From an uncultured Methanosarcinaceae archaeon (GTDB lineage Archaea > Halobacteriota > Methanosarcinia > Methanosarcinales > Methanosarcinaceae), in contig CAVRJG010000026.1 in the NCBI GenBank assembly GCA_963721455.1, forward strand, positions 1-20,980: a DNA stretch of 20,980 nt. Direction: 5' to 3'. A model generated the notes under the pieces. The model was not told where the DNA came from and did not search any database. It was given only the letters and a program-made list of their open reading frames with translations. A program made the position numbers and the translations under genes. Positions 1 through 8,145 of this stretch are shown in pieces. Numbering within the stretch: position 1 is the stretch's first letter; the number at the start of each line of letters is the position of its first letter.

Positions 1-2
1 GA

Positions 3-341
3 ACAGCGGCAGTAGTGTACAGAAAAATGTGGACAAGAACCTTATCCGTGGCTGGAGCATTGAAGGTGTAGCCGCAGCCGCTCTTGTGCTGCCTGCCACC
101 AGTGCAGTGTCCCCGAGGTTCTGCTCCGGACTTAACTGAATGGAGAGGCACAGTCAAAAAGCGTTGAGATTCTCAGGCAGGCTTCCAGCGGCCCCCTACA
201 AGCGGAAGGGGTCCTACAGGAGTTGCTGCGGCTGCAATCTATATCGCGTCCCTTCCCTGTGGTGAGCGGAGAACTCAGCGGGAAGTCGCGGATGTTGCCG
301 GGGTTACGGAAGTTACTGTTAGAAGCAGGTATAAAGTCTAA
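3..341 (+). pseudogene. tfb: Transcription initiation factor IIB (TFB) remnant, frameshifted and internally deleted; truncated by window start
   Basis: Manual translation across frame switches gives TAAVVYRK.VDKNLIRGWSIEGVAAA...[29 protein letters not shown]...[47 protein letters not shown], the two cyclin repeats of archaeal TFB. TAA at 339-341. Confidence 0.9.
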
Positions 342-607
342 CCCTAGTGTCTAGGAAATTTAGTTCTGACCGGAGTTTCTAAGATTTTAAAAAATAAAGG
401 CTTCTGGCTACGATAAATTGAAGTCTAATAAAAAATTAATTAAGTTGCATACATCACTTTTTCAAGGCCTGTTGTCGCCCAATATTGAATTGTTTATTGT
501 AGGCATTGATCACTACTAATGTGATTTGTCACTTTTCTATAGGGAATAGGAGTTACGCAGTTGGCTCTCTGCACATTGTTTTCTAACTAACTTCCCTCAC
601 ATACGAA

Positions 608-1739
608 TTAATTTAATGTGTATAGTGGGTTATTTAAATATGCTGTCACTGCCACTCTTCTAATTTTCATGGCACTTTCAAACCAGGATATTCCACTTTT
701 GATTCTTTGTAATTCCAGTCTGAGAAAAGCTCTTAATGAGAACATTATATGTGCTCTTTGTGACTCTTCCTTTCTTGCCTGACATTTTTCGACACCACAG
801 AACTGCTTTATTCCTCTGTGGTATTCCTCAATTTTCCATGACTTCTTTGCCAAATCTTCACGTTTTGATTCATCCATATCCTGTACATCTGTAACCCAGT
901 GTTGCGTGTCTCCATCTTTTGAAACAATCCGAAACACCTTTACAAATCCATATGCTTTGAGATGAACCACAAGTCCTTTTGGAGGAATATCTACTGTTTC
1001 AAGTGGCACATTTCCCTTCTTGTCAGGATTTACCAAACGATTTTTCTTTAACCTTGTAAGGAAATGCCATTCTTTCTTCCTTATTGCTTTAAGGTTTTTC
1101 ACACTTGCATACCATGTATCAAACAAAACAAATTCGGGATTAAAACCACGTTCTTCGGCTTTGTCAAGCATATCGAGGAAATGGTCATTCTTTGTTTTGT
1201 CGTCTTCATCGATGTTATAAATTCGAAAATCGATAGGTATAACGGTTGTACCGTCTGTCCAAACTAAGGTGACCAGACCTATCCCCTTTACAGTACGATG
1301 ATGTTTTCCCACATACGACGAACAAAAGCCATTTCTTTTGCGTATGGTTTATCTAATGTTGAATCGTCAACAATTAGAAAGCCTTCCTTTTGTCATCGGT
1401 TAACGAATTTTATGCACAACTTCGAATACCACGTATAGCGATTTTCCGGCATAATTAGTGGATATATTACATAAAAAATAACACTTTTTGGCTTTTTGCA
1501 CCTTAACCGAATCCACATGGAAAGCCTTCTTCAGGCTTGACATGACTTTTTACTTCTTCCCATAGCGCTTCTGTGTCTGGAGGTTGCCTTTGAAGGCAAC
1601 GAGTGAAAGCATCATGAGAAGGAGCATTAGCTACGATTGGATAACATCTAGCAGCTTCAGTACAGCTATAGACGTTAGATGCCGCAATGAGAAAATTAAT
1701 GAAATCAATGTCACTACACTTGGGTGGGTTTATGTCCAT
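608..1739 (-). pseudogene. IS701-family DDE transposase split by a 133-bp insertion and a frameshift near 1310
   Basis: ORF 1503-1739 (MDINPPKC...SHDAFTR...KPEEGF) continues after the insert as LIVDDSTLDKPYAKEMAFVRRMW, then shifts into ORF 608-1312 (GKHHRTVKGIGLV...VLFDTWY...WKIEEYHRGIKQFCG), with D-D-E motifs. Confidence 0.88.
1387..1519. mobile_element. 133-bp MITE with 10-bp target-site duplication (IS4/ISH8-like ends)
   Basis: GAAAGCCTTC repeated at 1377-1386 and 1520-1529. Imperfect TIRs CTTTTGTCATCGGTTAA vs CATGTGGATTCGGTTAA (reverse complement of right end). Removing it restores EEGF-LIVDDST. Confidence 0.85.
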
Positions 1740-1856
1740 AACTCCGTACGTTTTTGGGGAACTATGGAGATATAATTATATTTTAAATGATATTACTTTT
1801 TCGGCATTTCAAATGCGTAAGTCCTATATGTATTAGATGTAAAGGAGAAATTTCCA

Positions 1857-1898
1857 AAAAATGCAGTATCCTTTTTCCCGCTAAACTACTGCATTTTT
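1857..1898. terminator. Stem-loop / possible terminator downstream of the wHTH gene
   Basis: AAAAATGCAGTA (1857-1868) and TACTGCATTTTT (1887-1898) form a perfect 12-bp inverted repeat. Confidence 0.4.
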
Positions 1899-2081
1899 GC
1901 TCACATAAGCGGTAATTTCTCCCGATTCCAACGCCATGACCCCAAAAATACAGTTGTTTTAGGAAAACAACCCAGAGTCTGGTTGATCAGAAAAGCATAC
2001 CCGGAGTAAAACTGAAAAACTAATAAGCAAGAAAACGAAAACGTCGAAATCAATTTTTAAAATAAATGGCTGGGAATCAGT

Positions 2082-2309
2082 TCAAAGCTTTATTCCTTTA
2101 GCCATTTCTTGAAAAACCCTTCCTTTGTCAGTGGTAACGAAAAGTCCGTTTTCGTACCTGATAAGTTCTTTTTCGCTTAACATTTGCAGATATTTCTTAG
2201 CAACACCAAAATTTATCTTTACCTCATGTACAATCCGATTTTTATTTGCCCCATCCATTGCTACTCTTAAAATATCTACAATAATATCAATTCTACTCCT
2301 GTTCCTAAT
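2082..2309 (-). CDS. Small winged helix-turn-helix regulator (ArnR1-like/HTH_45 type), 75 aa, ATT at the start position; not in ORF track
   Basis: Translation IRNRSRIDIIVDILRVAMDGANKNRIVHEVKINFGVAKKYLQMLSEKELIRYENGLFVTTDKGRVFQEMAKGIKL*. GGAGGA RBS 6 nt upstream of ATT. No in-frame ATG/GTG/TTG up to the upstream TAA at 2358-2360. Confidence 0.8.
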   Translation of the reverse strand: MRNRSRIDIIVDILRVAMDGANKNRIVHEVKINFGVAKKYLQMLSEKELIRYENGLFVTTDKGRVFQEMAKGIKL

Positions 2310-2344
2310 ATTGGCTCCTCCTTCCTTGGATTCAAAAAGAATAT

Positions 2345-2380
2345 TTGCGAGGATATATTATGCTTTAAATATATCTAAAA
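2345..2380 (-). promoter_or_regulatory. Probable TATA-box promoter of the wHTH gene; inverted copy at 15848-15882
   Basis: Minus strand TTTTAGATATATTTAAAGCATAATATATCCTCGCAA is nearly identical to plus strand TTTAGATATATTTAAAGCACAATATATCCCGCAA at 15848-15882. Confidence 0.55.
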
Positions 2381-2546
2381 GAATATCTGGTCGTGGGTAT
2401 GAGTTATTGAAAACCATAATCACTAGGAACTCTCTATCCTTTACTTAAACACCGTGATAGTGCCCGTTTTTTAGAATTGATCAATGACTCGTGTACACGA
2501 CCGAATATCTTTTAGCAGGAAATTAATTTTCTTAGTTTCAAACTAT

Positions 2547-2670
2547 GAGCTGATCCCAAAATCCATTTTCAATCCAAATCAACGAGATTTTTAGGACTCC
2601 TTTCACGATCTGAAGCTCGATTGGTCACTTAAAATACTGGAACCGAATAAGCAAATTTTGAGATTTGATC
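2547..2670. mobile_element. Degenerate copy of the ~130-bp GAGC..ATCCCAAAA MITE
   Basis: Starts GAGCTGATCCCAAAA and aligns by eye with 3838-3966 (TTTTAGGA..TTTCA.GAT..GAA.CTCGATTG..AAGCAA.TTTTGAG). Right TIR decayed. Confidence 0.7.
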
Positions 2671-2788
2671 TATGAATAAATTTGAGAATTTATCGATTCA
2701 CTGCACCAGATTACCTTGAATAGAAACTCTTTGCCTTCAAACACACGAGGATTGTAATTGTTACTGATAAGTAATAAAAATAAAATAT

Positions 2789-2845
2789 ATAGCCATCAAT
2801 TCAAGACAATTAATCAGAAGTTATCTTCCTTGAATTGATAGCTAT
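2789..2845 (-). terminator. Long inverted repeat downstream of the Gly/Cys-rich micro-ORF
   Basis: ATAGCCATCAATTCAAG (2789-2805) pairs with CTTGAATTGATAGCTAT (2829-2845), 16/17, followed by T-tracts on the minus strand. Confidence 0.55.
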
Positions 2846-2902
2846 TATTATTTCATCCTTTTCAATATTTCATAGGCTCAGCGATCGGCCTGGCAACTGT
2901 TC

Positions 2903-3028
2903 TTAACAGCCCCAGCCGCCCCAGCCGCCGCAGCCGCAGCCGCCACCGCAGCCGCCAGCCGCCACCGCAGCCGCCCCAGCCGCCCCAGCCGCCAAGCCGC
3001 CAAAGCCGCGTCCAAATCCGAATCCCAT
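2903..3028 (-). CDS. 41-aa Gly/Cys/Trp-rich small protein; not in ORF track
   Basis: GGAGGT RBS then ATG at 3028. Translation MGFGFGRGFGGLAAGAAGAAAVAAGGCGGGCGCGGWGGWGC*. GC-rich GGC-GGC-TG(C/G) repeats inside AT-rich DNA. Confidence 0.75.
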   Translation of the reverse strand: MGFGFGRGFGGLAAGAAGAAAVAAGGCGGGCGCGGWGGWGC

Positions 3029-3093
3029 ATATTTACCTCCGGTTTTGCTATGTTATTTTATACATTTAAGATACGATACTATACAGGTGGGCT

Positions 3094-3508
3094 TTTTAGA
3101 TTAGAGAATTACATGCTCTAATCAAACATTTTCACCCACCCCCAATCATACTCTCATGGCAACTTTTTTGAAATTATTAGAGTTACTCTCTTCCGTTTGG
3201 AGAGTAACAATTCTGTCATGAAGGTATAATTAAAAATAAAGGGGCTATTATATAAAAAGCAAAGAATAATAGTTTCTTAATATAAATGATTTTTATAAAA
3301 TTGAATAAACCTTCTACCAATAAAACAAGTTTACTTTTATTTTTTTTACAACTCATAATCCGGTTCCGTTGCAAAAAATCAGAGCATTTTACAAAATCGT
3401 TGAAAACTTTCACAATAAGGTAATTTGAGTGATCAAATTGGGGTTAAAATAACATTTAAAGGAAATAATAGCCTCAAAGTACAAAAAAATTATTTTTGCA
3501 ACGGAACC
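3094..3508 (-). repeat. Left arm of ~415-bp inverted repeat (partner 15370-15847)
   Basis: Reverse complement matches 15370-15847 almost base for base apart from a few substitutions, short indels and a 70-bp duplication in the right arm. Confidence 0.95.
3362..3508. mobile_element. 147-bp IS6-type MITE
   Basis: Perfect TIRs GGTTCCGTTGCAAAAA ... TTTTTGCAACGGAACC, resembling IS6-family ends (GGTTCTGTTGCAAA of IS257/ISS1). No ORF. Confidence 0.88.
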
Positions 3509-3520
3509 CAATAGAATATA

Positions 3521-3673
3521 TGATCATGGAAAATGATCCTGAAAACTCCTGATGATTTAGAATAAAACAGGTTTTGGGATAGGCTTATAGACAAAAAGGT
3601 TCCAGAAATAATTTGTACTAAATTGAGGATTTCTACAGAGCCTTTATTTTATACATCGAGTGTGTAAGTCCTA
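3521..3673. mobile_element. Stack of MITE fragments
   Basis: Half copy of the 130-bp MITE ending TTTTGGGATAGGCT (3572-3585) and an orphan IS701-type end TGTGTAAGTCCTA (3661-3673). Confidence 0.6.
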
Positions 3674-3789
3674 ACTATTGTTGAAGATACGTTTACGACA
3701 ATTTGGCGAAATAATTTAGACTTTTTATTTTTATTGGATTCTTAACTATATTTCTTCAGATAATATATTCTTTTAATACATTTCTTGAT

Positions 3790-4039
3790 TAGGACTTACG
3801 CACTTGAAGTACAAAATCAAGTATATTGGAAGTTGTAGAGCCTATCCCAAAAGCCATTTGATTCTTAATCATCAAGAATTTTAGGATTGTTTTCATGATT
3901 AGAAACTCGATTGATTATTCGGAATACAGGATTCAGAGAAGCAATTTTGAGTTTTGGGATAGGCTCGTAGTTAAACTTGTGATTTAGACGGTTAAAGGTT
4001 TAATGCTATTGATTTCTCAGTTCAACCGCGTAAGTCCTA
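3790..4039. mobile_element. IS701-type MITE containing a nested MITE
   Basis: TAGGACTTACGC (3790-3801) ... GCGTAAGTCCTA (4028-4039), the same ends as the IS701 element at 546-1827. Confidence 0.85.
3838..3966. mobile_element. 129-bp MITE, 15-bp perfect TIR, 3-bp TSD (IS5-like)
   Basis: GAGCCTATCCCAAAA ... TTTTGGGATAGGCTC flanked by GTA on both sides (3835-3837, 3967-3969). Confidence 0.9.
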
Positions 4040-4222
4040 TTGATAATATGCAATTTAAAATATAGAATTTTTATATTTTTTTCTGGATTTTTGATGGATT
4101 GTAGTCAAAAATTTTCCAGTTGAAGATTACAAAACGAAAGTTACAATAAAGTTCCGTCTTGATCGACAGTCTTGCACGATAAACCGAGGAATAAATCTGA
4201 AAGCAGAAAAGGAGCTTGATTA

Positions 4223-4711
4223 ATGGCAACTTTAACAGTTCTGAAGTTTGAAAATGCTTTAGGTGCAGAAAATGCACTTGAAGTTCTTGAGGATTTAAGC
4301 AAGAAAAACCTGATTAACCTGCATGACGCAGCCATAGTCACCTGGCCTGAAGGAAAAAAGAAGCCAAAAACAAAGCAATTGCACAATTTAGCAGGTGCAG
4401 GTGCACTGAGTGGTGCTTTTTGGGGCATGCTATTTGGTCTCCTCTTCTTTATTCCAATATTTGGTCTGGTCGTTGGGGCCGCAATGGGTTCACTGACCGG
4501 TTCCATGGCTGATGTTGGAATTAATGATGATTTTATCAAGTCTGTCCGCAGCAAAGTAACTGAAGGTACGTCAGCACTCTTTTTGCTGACCACTGATGCA
4601 GTGAAGGATAAGGTCTTCGAAGCCATGAAACCGTTCAAGTTTGAACTCATTGCTTCCAATCTGTCCAAGGAAGAAGAAGATAAGTTGCGTACAGCTTTTG
4701 CAGAAGAATAA
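4223..4711 (+). CDS. DUF1269-family membrane protein
   Basis: 162 aa. LINLHDAAIVTW motif, glycine-zipper hairpin GAGALSGAFWGMLFGLLFFIPIFGLVVGAAMG, DVGINDDFIK..GTSALFLL..SNLSKEEE. AGGAG RBS. Confidence 0.88.
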   Translation: MATLTVLKFENALGAENALEVLEDLSKKNLINLHDAAIVTWPEGKKKPKTKQLHNLAGAGALSGAFWGMLFGLLFFIPIFGLVVGAAMGSLTGSMADVGINDDFIKSVRSKVTEGTSALFLLTTDAVKDKVFEAMKPFKFELIASNLSKEEEDKLRTAFAEE

Positions 4712-4891
4712 ACGCTGTAGATAAAATCAGGTTTCACCAGAGATGGGACTTTCTGGAAACCACTTTAGCTTTTTAGGAATTGATAATCAGGCAAAAAAAA
4801 TACGAATTTCAAATAAATGCCTGATACCTGTCAGGCCTTTGTTACAATAATCTGAAGAATATGCTGAACACCTCTGGTAAAGGGAGTGAAA

Positions 4892-6253
4892 ATGGCACAA
4901 GACCACCCGTCTTCACGCATCCACGTGCTAGCAAAGCCAACAGGGGCAATATGCAACTTGGCCTGTTCCTACTGCTTTTTTCTGGACAAGGAACGACTCT
5001 ATCCTGGCAGTAAGTTCCGCATGTCAAACGAGGTGCTGGAGAGTTACATCAGGCAGCTTATTAAGGCCCACCGCTGCTCGCAGGTGACCGTTGGCTGGCA
5101 GGGGGGTGAACCCACGCTTATGGGCATTGACTTTTACAGGCACGCAATCGAACTGCAGGAAAAGTACAGAAAGCCAGGTATGAAGTTTGAAAATACAATG
5201 CAAACCAACGGTACATTGTTGGACGATGAGTGGTGCCGATTCTTCAAGGAAAATGACTTTCTTATCGGAATAAGCATCGATGGCCCACGAGAGCTTCACG
5301 ACTTCTACCGGGTGGACAAAAGAGGACAGGGAACATTCGACAGGGTCATGCAGGGGCTTCGCCTCCTGCAAAAGCACGGTGTGGATTACAATGTCCTGAC
5401 CACAGTTAACCGCACGAATGCCGAATATCCGCTTGAGGTCTACCGCTTCCTGCGGGATGAAGCAAGGACAAGTTGGATCCAGTTTATTCCGGTTGTAGAG
5501 CGAATCAATGAGAAGGGACGTACCCTCTGTCAGGAAGGGACCGGGGTTTCAAATCGCTCAGTACTGCCTGAACAGCTTGGCAGTTTCCTGACCTGTATTT
5601 TCGACGAATGGGTGAGAAATGACGTCGGAAAGGTCTTCGTGCAGACATTTGAGGCTTCTGCACGCAGATGGCTGAACATGCCCTCAGGAATGTGCGTTTT
5701 TGAGGAAACATGCGGTATTGGGCTTGCTCTGGAGCACAATGGGGATCTCTACTCGTGTGATCATTTTGTGGAGCCGGACTACCTGCTGGGAAATATTATG
5801 GAAAAAGAGATAAGCGAGCTTGCCGCTTCTGAAAAGCAATACCGATTCGGGCAGGACAAACGCGATACTCTGCCGCAGGTTTGCCGGGAATGCAGTGTGC
5901 TTTTTGCCTGCAGGGGGGAATGTCCTAAAAACCGCTTCCTGAGTACTCCGGCAGGTGAACCAGGCCTGAACTATCTTTGTGAAGGTTGGAAAGCTTTTTT
6001 CCATCACATCGACTTTCCGATGCAGATTCTTGCCGGGTTGATACGTAGGGGTTACCCGGCTTCGGAAGTAATGAAGATCCTGTCTCTGGAAGATGCTTTT
6101 GTTAGGGCAGGACGCAATGATCCCTGCCCCTGCGGCAGCGGTAAAAAGTTCAAACGCTGTCACGGCCAGCAGAAAGGCGTACCAGAAGGGCGAGATCAAA
6201 AACGAATAAGGCACAGGGCTAAGTTACTTCCTGAACCTGCTGTGCGTTTCTAA
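4892..6253 (+). CDS. Anaerobic sulfatase-maturating enzyme (radical SAM/SPASM) with C-terminal SEC-C motif
   Basis: AKPTGAICNLACSYC (CxxxCxxC), WQGGEPTL, QTNG, SIDGP, SPASM cysteines (YSCDH, CRECSVLFACRGECPKNR, YLCEG), GRNDPCPCGSGKKFKRCHG. ATG 4892 fits the RBS better than GTG 4886. Confidence 0.95.
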   Translation: MAQDHPSSRIHVLAKPTGAICNLACSYCFFLDKERLYPGSKFRMSNEVLESYIRQLIKAHRCSQVTVGWQGGEPTLMGIDFYRHAIELQEKYRKPGMKFENTMQTNGTLLDDEWCRFFKENDFLIGISIDGPRELHDFYRVDKRGQGTFDRVMQGLRLLQKHGVDYNVLTTVNRTNAEYPLEVYRFLRDEARTSWIQFIPVVERINEKGRTLCQEGTGVSNRSVLPEQLGSFLTCIFDEWVRNDVGKVFVQTFEASARRWLNMPSGMCVFEETCGIGLALEHNGDLYSCDHFVEPDYLLGNIMEKEISELAASEKQYRFGQDKRDTLPQVCRECSVLFACRGECPKNRFLSTPAGEPGLNYLCEGWKAFFHHIDFPMQILAGLIRRGYPASEVMKILSLEDAFVRAGRNDPCPCGSGKKFKRCHGQQKGVPEGRDQKRIRHRAKLLPEPAVRF

Positions 6254-6364
6254 AAGAAATAGAGTGTGGAGTAGGGGCGAAAAATCAAAATTTCTACCAT
6301 CCGGCTCCTGAATCTACTTAAATGCGTTACGTAAGATATCAACAAATCCCAGGGAGGTAAAGAA

Positions 6365-7855
6365 ATGGCAGAAAAGAAACCAAATATACTGGTCATCTGG
6401 GGAGATGACATTGGTATCAGCAACCTCAGTTGTTATAGCGACGGCCTGATGGGCTACAGAACACCTAACATCGATAGGATCGCTAACGAAGGCATCAGAT
6501 TTACGGACTCTTATGGGGAGCAGAGTTGCACCGCCGGCAGGGCATCTTTTATCACCGGGCAGAGTGCCTTCCGTACCGGGCTGAGCAAGGTGGGTATGCC
6601 CGGAGCCAAAGTAGGAATCCAGCCTGAGGACCCAACAATTGCCGAACTGCTGAAACCGTTGGGTTATGCAACAGGCCAGTTTGGAAAGAACCATTTGGGA
6701 GACCGTGACGAATACCTGCCTACTAATCACGGTTTTGACGAGTTCTTTGGTAACCTTTATCATTTGAATGCTGAGGAGGAACCTGAAGATCGCGACTATC
6801 CACCTGAAAAAGACTTTCCTAATTTCCGGAAGAACTATGGTCCCAGGGGCGTAATCCACAGCTACGCCGACGGCCGCATCGAAGACACCGGCCCGTTGAC
6901 CAGAAAACGTATGGAAGACGTAGATCAAGAGTTTCTGGATGCGGCCATCGATTTTATTAAACGTCAGCATAAGGCGGTAAAGCCATTCTTTGTCTGGTTC
7001 AATACCACAAGAATGCATTTCAGGACTCACATCCCGGACAGGATACGAGGACAGTCGGGGCGCTGGCAATCCGAGTATCATGATGCCATGATTGAGCATG
7101 ACAGACAGATAGGCGTGCTGCTTGACTTGCTGGACGAAATAGGCATTGCCGACGATACCATCGTTATTTACAGCACAGACAACGGACCACACATGAACTC
7201 CTGGCCCGATGCAGCCATGACGCCGTTCCGCAACGAGAAAAACTCCTGCTGGGAGGGAGCTTTCCGAGTTCCTGAGGTCATCAGATGGCCTGGCAAGATC
7301 CCGGCAGGCATGACTTCCAACGAGATTGTGAGCCACATTGACTGGCTACCCACTTTGCTTGCAGCAGCAGGAGAGCCGGATATTAAGGAAAGGCTCAAAA
7401 AAGGTCACAAAGCAGGAGACAAAACTTATAAAGTGCATCTTGATGGCTATAACCTGCTTCCCTACCTGACCGGGAAGGAGAAGAAATCTCCCCGGAATGA
7501 GTTCTTCTACTTCTCCGATGACGGAGACCTGGTAGCTCTACGGTACGACAACTGGAAAATGATCTTTATGGAGCAGCGCGCCATCGGCACGCTCCTAGTC
7601 TGGGCTGAGCCTTTTATCCCTCTGCGCGTACCAAAAATGTTTAACCTGCGCACCGACCCTTATGAAAGGGCAGATCAGACCTCTAATACGTACTATGACT
7701 GGCTTCTCGACCATGCTTTCCTGCTCGTGCCTGCCCAGAGTGTAGTGGGGGACTTTCTGGCAACGTTTAAAGAGTTTCCTCCGCGTCAGAAAGCGGCAAG
7801 CTTTACCGTCGACCAGGTAATGGAAAAACTCTTGCAGGGGATCGGCAGCACATAA
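6365..7855 (+). CDS. Cys-type (formylglycine-dependent) arylsulfatase-family hydrolase, no signal peptide
   Basis: KPNILVIWGDDIG, SCTAGRASFITG (CxAxR), GYATGQFGKNHLG, STDNG, WEGAFRVP. GGAGGT RBS. Confidence 0.95.
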   Translation: MAEKKPNILVIWGDDIGISNLSCYSDGLMGYRTPNIDRIANEGIRFTDSYGEQSCTAGRASFITGQSAFRTGLSKVGMPGAKVGIQPEDPTIAELLKPLGYATGQFGKNHLGDRDEYLPTNHGFDEFFGNLYHLNAEEEPEDRDYPPEKDFPNFRKNYGPRGVIHSYADGRIEDTGPLTRKRMEDVDQEFLDAAIDFIKRQHKAVKPFFVWFNTTRMHFRTHIPDRIRGQSGRWQSEYHDAMIEHDRQIGVLLDLLDEIGIADDTIVIYSTDNGPHMNSWPDAAMTPFRNEKNSCWEGAFRVPEVIRWPGKIPAGMTSNEIVSHIDWLPTLLAAAGEPDIKERLKKGHKAGDKTYKVHLDGYNLLPYLTGKEKKSPRNEFFYFSDDGDLVALRYDNWKMIFMEQRAIGTLLVWAEPFIPLRVPKMFNLRTDPYERADQTSNTYYDWLLDHAFLLVPAQSVVGDFLATFKEFPPRQKAASFTVDQVMEKLLQGIGST

Positions 7856-8145
7856 AGGTTAAAGTTCCGTATCAGAAAAATTCCACTTCTTGCATATGAA
7901 GATGCTCTGTACTATAGGGTAAACGCTCTGCAGGTGGAACCAAAAACAGACTTTCTGGCTTAGAATGCCATGCAAGATGCCCGAAGGCTCACAAACCCCA
8001 TATAACTCTCAAAAGAAGATGTTATTTTATATTTACGGGAAATCATGTGAGCTGAAGGCTAACCAGTATGATTCTATTCTATAAAGGATAACTGGATGAT
8101 CCGAAAGGGGAAGGGACAGTAATTCAATAAACAAAGGAGTGATTA

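Larger units (their letters stand above)
546..1827 (-). mobile_element. IS701-family insertion sequence (inactivated)
   Basis: Terminal inverted repeats ATAGGAGTTACGCA (546-559) and TGCGTAAGTCCTAT (1814-1827), 13/14 match, enclosing a DDE transposase. Confidence 0.85.

Noticed and set aside
3216-3413. 65-aa ORF in the left repeat arm
   Set aside because: Starts inside a MITE, AT-rich low complexity, and the right arm has indels in this stretch with no equivalent ORF listed.
2903-6253. Gly/Cys/Trp peptide as substrate of the neighbouring radical SAM/SPASM enzyme (RiPP cluster)
   Set aside because: The enzyme has anSME motifs, no evident RRE domain, and a cognate CTAGR sulfatase directly downstream. 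The peptide is divergent, outside the repeat arm, and no peptidase or exporter is nearby. Not excluded, but unsupported.
6314-7336. Long antisense ORFs (6314-7336, 4141-4737, 5684-6214, 9609-10118, 10416-11048, 14356-14793, 2125-2448, 19958-20380)
   Set aside because: Shadow frames of well-supported genes on the opposite strand, with no recognisable motifs.
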